Part shown: one piece after another, positions 16,854-20,123 of the stretch
How positions within the stretch are numbered: position 1 is the stretch's first letter
Layout: every line of letters begins with the position of its first letter
Assembly: GCA_964566495.1 (NCBI GenBank)
Contig: CAZMIT010000023.1
Coordinates: 1 to 20,123 of the forward strand
DNA length: 20,123 bases
Direction of reading: 5' to 3'
Source: an uncultured bacterium
GTDB taxonomy: Bacteria; T1Sed10-126
Translations under genes and position numbers: made by a program
Notes under the pieces: generated by a model
What the model was told of the DNA's origin: nothing
Databases searched by the model: none
What the model saw: only the letters and a program-made list of their open reading frames with translations

Positions 16854-17351
16854 ATGTCACAACCAAATGAGGTAAATAAGCACCAGCGTGTGGCGGTCTT
16901 TGTGGACGTTCAAAACATGTATTACTCAGCCCGCTACCAGTACAATAATAAGGTCAATTTTGAGAAGTTGATCGAGAAGACAATTCGTGAGCGCAAGATG
17001 ATTCGGGCTATCGCCTATCTTGTTCAGTCGGATGAGATTGACCAGTCAAGATTTGAAGAGATACTGGACCAGTCGGGTTACGAGGTTAAAAATAAACAGC
17101 TTCGCACCCGGCCTGACGGTAGTGCCAAGGCCGACTGGGATATGGGGATTGCCATCGATGCAATTGCGATTGGCGAAAAGGTCGATGTCGTCTGTCTGGT
17201 TAGCGGTGACGGTGATTTCGTCGACATGGTCGAGATGCTCAAGGGAAATGGAGTCAAGGTGGAAGTATTTTCTTTTCCTTCCAGCACTGCTGAGGAGCTT
17301 AAACAGTCTGCTACTGAGTATTATCCGATGGACGAGGAATATCTGCTTTAA
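16854..17351 (+). CDS. NYN domain protein (LabA/DUF88, PIN-like)
   Basis: VAVFVDVQN, KADWDMGIAIDA, LVSGDGDF and G-x-KVEV...EL...A motifs. Confidence 0.92.
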   Translation: MSQPNEVNKHQRVAVFVDVQNMYYSARYQYNNKVNFEKLIEKTIRERKMIRAIAYLVQSDEIDQSRFEEILDQSGYEVKNKQLRTRPDGSAKADWDMGIAIDAIAIGEKVDVVCLVSGDGDFVDMVEMLKGNGVKVEVFSFPSSTAEELKQSATEYYPMDEEYLL

Positions 17352-17363
17352 GCAGCTTTATTC

Positions 17364-18287
17364 GTGGATAAACGGCAACTTTTTATAATGGATCCACCGC
17401 CTACTGAGGTGGATCCCGATCATGACACTACTTACGTATTAATACAGGAGGCTTGCTCCCGAGGATATGAAGCCTGGTCGGCACCGGCTTCAAGTTTGAG
17501 TCTGGCCCCGGGGGAGCTGTCAGTGCAAGCCGAAAGATACGGCGCTGCTGACAGCGAAAAACAGAGCATGAAGGTGGATGAATTTGAACTGGTCTGGATG
17601 CGGGAAGACCCGCCTTTTGACCGTAATTATTTGTTTGCCACTTATCTGCTGGAGTATGCTGCACCCCCGGTGATTAACAATCCCACTGGACTACGGGATT
17701 CAAATGAAAAACTCTTTATACTCGAGTTTCCCGATCTAATTCCTCCAACCTGGGTAGGAGCTGAACTGGCGCGCGCCAAAAAGTTTGTGGAATCCGTCGG
17801 GGGGCAAGCAGTCGCCAAGACCCTCTCCGGCTACGGTGGTGAAGAAGTCCACCTGCTATCCATGGGAGATGAGCGTTTTCAGACTACTTTTAAAAAATTG
17901 AGTCAGGACTGTAGCCGGCCGGTAATGCTGCAGAAGTTTTATCCTCAGGTGAGAGAGAAGGGGGACAGGCGTTTGATTTTATTAGACGGCCGGCCGATTG
18001 GCGGTTTAACCCGGTATCCAAAAGCAGGCGACTTCCGGGCAAATTTACACTCTGGTGGTAGCGCTGAGGAAGCCTATGTGTCTCCGGCGGAGGAAAAGCT
18101 TTGCCGGCAGATTGCTCCCGAACTTAAAAATCGTGGCCTCTACCTGGTGGGGCTTGATCTGGTCGCCGGACTAATCACGGAAATAAATGTGACCAGTCCG
18201 ACATGTGTCCAGGAGATTAACCGGCTGGCCGATAAAAAATTGGAAGCAGAAATACTTGATCGTGCTGAAGCTATTCTGGAGGGGTAG
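17364..18287 (+). CDS. gshB: Glutathione synthetase (ATP-grasp)
   Basis: FIMDP, DTT, MREDPPFD, NNP..LRDSNEK, GYGG, GDRR, DFRANLHSGG, GLD, TEINVTSPTC. Confidence 0.92.
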   Translation: MDKRQLFIMDPPPTEVDPDHDTTYVLIQEACSRGYEAWSAPASSLSLAPGELSVQAERYGAADSEKQSMKVDEFELVWMREDPPFDRNYLFATYLLEYAAPPVINNPTGLRDSNEKLFILEFPDLIPPTWVGAELARAKKFVESVGGQAVAKTLSGYGGEEVHLLSMGDERFQTTFKKLSQDCSRPVMLQKFYPQVREKGDRRLILLDGRPIGGLTRYPKAGDFRANLHSGGSAEEAYVSPAEEKLCRQIAPELKNRGLYLVGLDLVAGLITEINVTSPTCVQEINRLADKKLEAEILDRAEAILEG

Positions 18288-18347
18288 AGGTCTTTTGAAA
18301 TTTGAAGCAAGTTATGGAGTTTTCAACAGGCGGGAGGTAGTAGAAGA

Positions 18348-18968
18348 ATGCTTACTTTTGCTGTGCCCAAGGGTCGGATGCTGGAACAGACGACTCGTTG
18401 TTTGTCTGAAGCCGGCTGGTCTATTCCCGATTTCGATCCCGATCAGCGGGAATTAATTTTTTATGACAACGACCGTAACTTTAAATTTGTTCTTGTTAAG
18501 CCCTACGATGTGCCCACTTATGTCGAATACGGAGCGGCCGAACTGGGGGTTGCCGGGAAGGACATCATTGAAGAAAGGAAAGCCAACGTCTATGAACTTC
18601 TGGATTTAAAATTTAGTCGCTGTCGTGTGTCCGTTGCCCGGCCTGAAGAAACTCCGCCCGGCGCTGTCAAATCACGAGTGGCAACTGAATTTGTAAATTT
18701 AACCAAAAAATATTTTTCTTCCCGTGGGGAAAACGTTGAAGTTATCAAACTTCACGGCTCCGTGGAGCTTGCACCACTGCTTGATTTAGCGGGACGTATA
18801 GTTGATATAGTCTCAAGTGGCCGGACGCTGAAACGAAACAACCTGGTGGAGGAGGAAGTAATTTTAGAGTCCAGCGCCCGCTTAATTGCCAATCGACCCG
18901 CTTTGAAGCTACATCAGGATGAAATAAAAGAGAAAATTAAACGCTTAAAAGGAGTGTTAGAACAGTGA
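18348..18968 (+). CDS. hisG: ATP phosphoribosyltransferase, short form (HisZ-dependent)
   Basis: AVPKGR, DVPTYVEYGAAELGVAGKD, GSVELAP, DIVSSGRTL. 206 aa with no C-terminal regulatory domain. Confidence 0.96.
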   Translation: MLTFAVPKGRMLEQTTRCLSEAGWSIPDFDPDQRELIFYDNDRNFKFVLVKPYDVPTYVEYGAAELGVAGKDIIEERKANVYELLDLKFSRCRVSVARPEETPPGAVKSRVATEFVNLTKKYFSSRGENVEVIKLHGSVELAPLLDLAGRIVDIVSSGRTLKRNNLVEEEVILESSARLIANRPALKLHQDEIKEKIKRLKGVLEQ

Positions 18969-20123
18969 TAAAGATTTTGAACACCGTTACAGATGACGTT
19001 AATTTTAAGCAAAGTCCCCTGGCTCGCGAAGATGCAGAGACGCAGCGTAAGATTAAAAACATGGTGGGCAAGATTCGTCGCGAGGGTTGGCCCGCGGTCG
19101 TTGAATATTCACTTGAATATGATGACGTGGAGCCCGAATCTTCCCCCATTGTTCCCTCACAACTGGAAGAAAGCTGGCGGGAACTCGATTCTGAGGCCCA
19201 GCAGGCTCTGAAAAAAGCTCGCAAGCGTATTGGACGCTATCAAAAGGCGTTGTTGCCCAGCTCACGTAATTTTACCGAGCTCACGGGTGGTCTGCTTGGT
19301 GATATAGTACGCCCCCTTAACCGAGTCGGGTGTTATATCCCCGGCGGAAGGGTTCCTATGCCCTCTTCTGTTTTAATGACCGCTTATATAGCCGAGGTTG
19401 CAGGTGTTGAGGAGATAATTATCTGCTCACCGCCCGGCGAGGACGGGCTGCCTGATCCTACTATTCAGGCCGCCGCGCACCTGCTTGAAGATGTTGATGT
19501 TTATGGTATTGGTGGTGTTCAGGCGGTTGCTGCGATGGCCTACGGTGCCGGCGAACTCCCTGCCGTTGACCTTGTCGCTGGTCCCGGTAATAATTACGTT
19601 ACTCTGGCGAAGAAAGAGGTCTACGGTGACGTAGATATTGATATGCTGGCCGGTCCCTCTGAGATTGCCATAATAGCTGAACAACAGGCCGCTAATCCCC
19701 GGTTTATAGCCGCTGATCTGCTCTCGCAGGCGGAACACGACCCCCGGGCGCGGGCCTACCTGTTTACTCCTCATTTGACGCTGGCGGAAAAGGTTCGGGA
19801 AGAAATAAATGAATTGAGTGCCAACCATCCTCACGAAGACGTCATGCAAAAATCACTGCGCGACTCTGCATTGATCGTCACTTCCGGAATAGAGGAGGCA
19901 ATTAGCCTCTCCAACCAGCTTGCTCCCGAACATCTGGAGTTGCACGTTATCAAGCCGATGGCACTGGTTGACGACTGTGAAAATGCCGGTGCCATATTTT
20001 GTGGTGACTGGACACCAGAGGCAATAGGCGATTATGTCGCCGGCCCCAGCCACACTTTACCTACCGGTGGCAGCGCCCGTTTCTTCAGTCCACTCTCGGT
20101 CTACACGTTTATTCGTCACCAGT
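18965..20123 (+). CDS. hisD: Histidinol dehydrogenase (3' end beyond window)
   Basis: Translated manually from the GTG overlapping the hisG stop: RVGCYIPGG, PSSVLM, GGVQAVAAMAYG, GPGNNYV, IDMLAGPSE, DLLSQAEHD, APEHLEL, GDYVAGPSHTLPT. Absent from the ORF track because no stop falls inside the window. Confidence 0.96.
   Translation, partial: MIKILNTVTDDVNFKQSPLAREDAETQRKIKNMVGKIRREGWPAVVEYSLEYDDVEPESSPIVPSQLEESWRELDSEAQQALKKARKRIGRYQKALLPSSRNFTELTGGLLGDIVRPLNRVGCYIPGGRVPMPSSVLMTAYIAEVAGVEEIIICSPPGEDGLPDPTIQAAAHLLEDVDVYGIGGVQAVAAMAYGAGELPAVDLVAGPGNNYVTLAKKEVYGDVDIDMLAGPSEIAIIAEQQAANPRFIAADLLSQAEHDPRARAYLFTPHLTLAEKVREEINELSANHPHEDVMQKSLRDSALIVTSGIEEAISLSNQLAPEHLELHVIKPMALVDDCENAGAIFCGDWTPEAIGDYVAGPSHTLPTGGSARFFSPLSVYTFIRHQ

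Noticed and set aside
81..18456. Remaining small alternative-frame and antisense ORFs inside called genes
   Set aside because: They overlap well-supported conserved genes and show no independent motifs or RBS evidence.
19427..20053. Minus-strand ORFs at 19427-19849 and 19853-20053
   Set aside because: Antisense shadows of hisD, which has clear conserved motifs on the + strand.

Overview
Chromosomal housekeeping region of a bacterium whose proteins look acidic, possibly a halophile. All 21 supported genes are on the + strand: moaA-moeA | DUF432-like-mscS-hypD | mutM(fpg) | YlbF-family-pgeF-yggS-proC | divIVA-yggU-PilB/GspE-like ATPase-TPR protein-aroE-pilD-aroK | NYN(LabA/DUF88)-gshB-hisG-hisD (hisD runs off the end and is missing from the ORF track). 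There are no tRNA, rRNA or CRISPR features and no transposase. The unusual signal is mostly intergenic. (1) A 235-bp MITE-like element (15-bp terminal inverted repeats, near-perfect 8-bp flanking duplication) encloses a strongly folded ~130-nt putative ncRNA with two hairpins showing the same CUGGAGG/CCUCCAG tip. (2) Three copies of a modular REP-like palindrome mosaic contain a fixed-spacing AATGAC-N8-GGTCAAG motif. (3) There is a 22-unit octamer tandem array and a heptamer-periodic hairpin that looks inserted with an 8-bp duplication. (4) The PilB-like protein keeps its MshEN domain and Walker A but has lost most other catalytic motifs.
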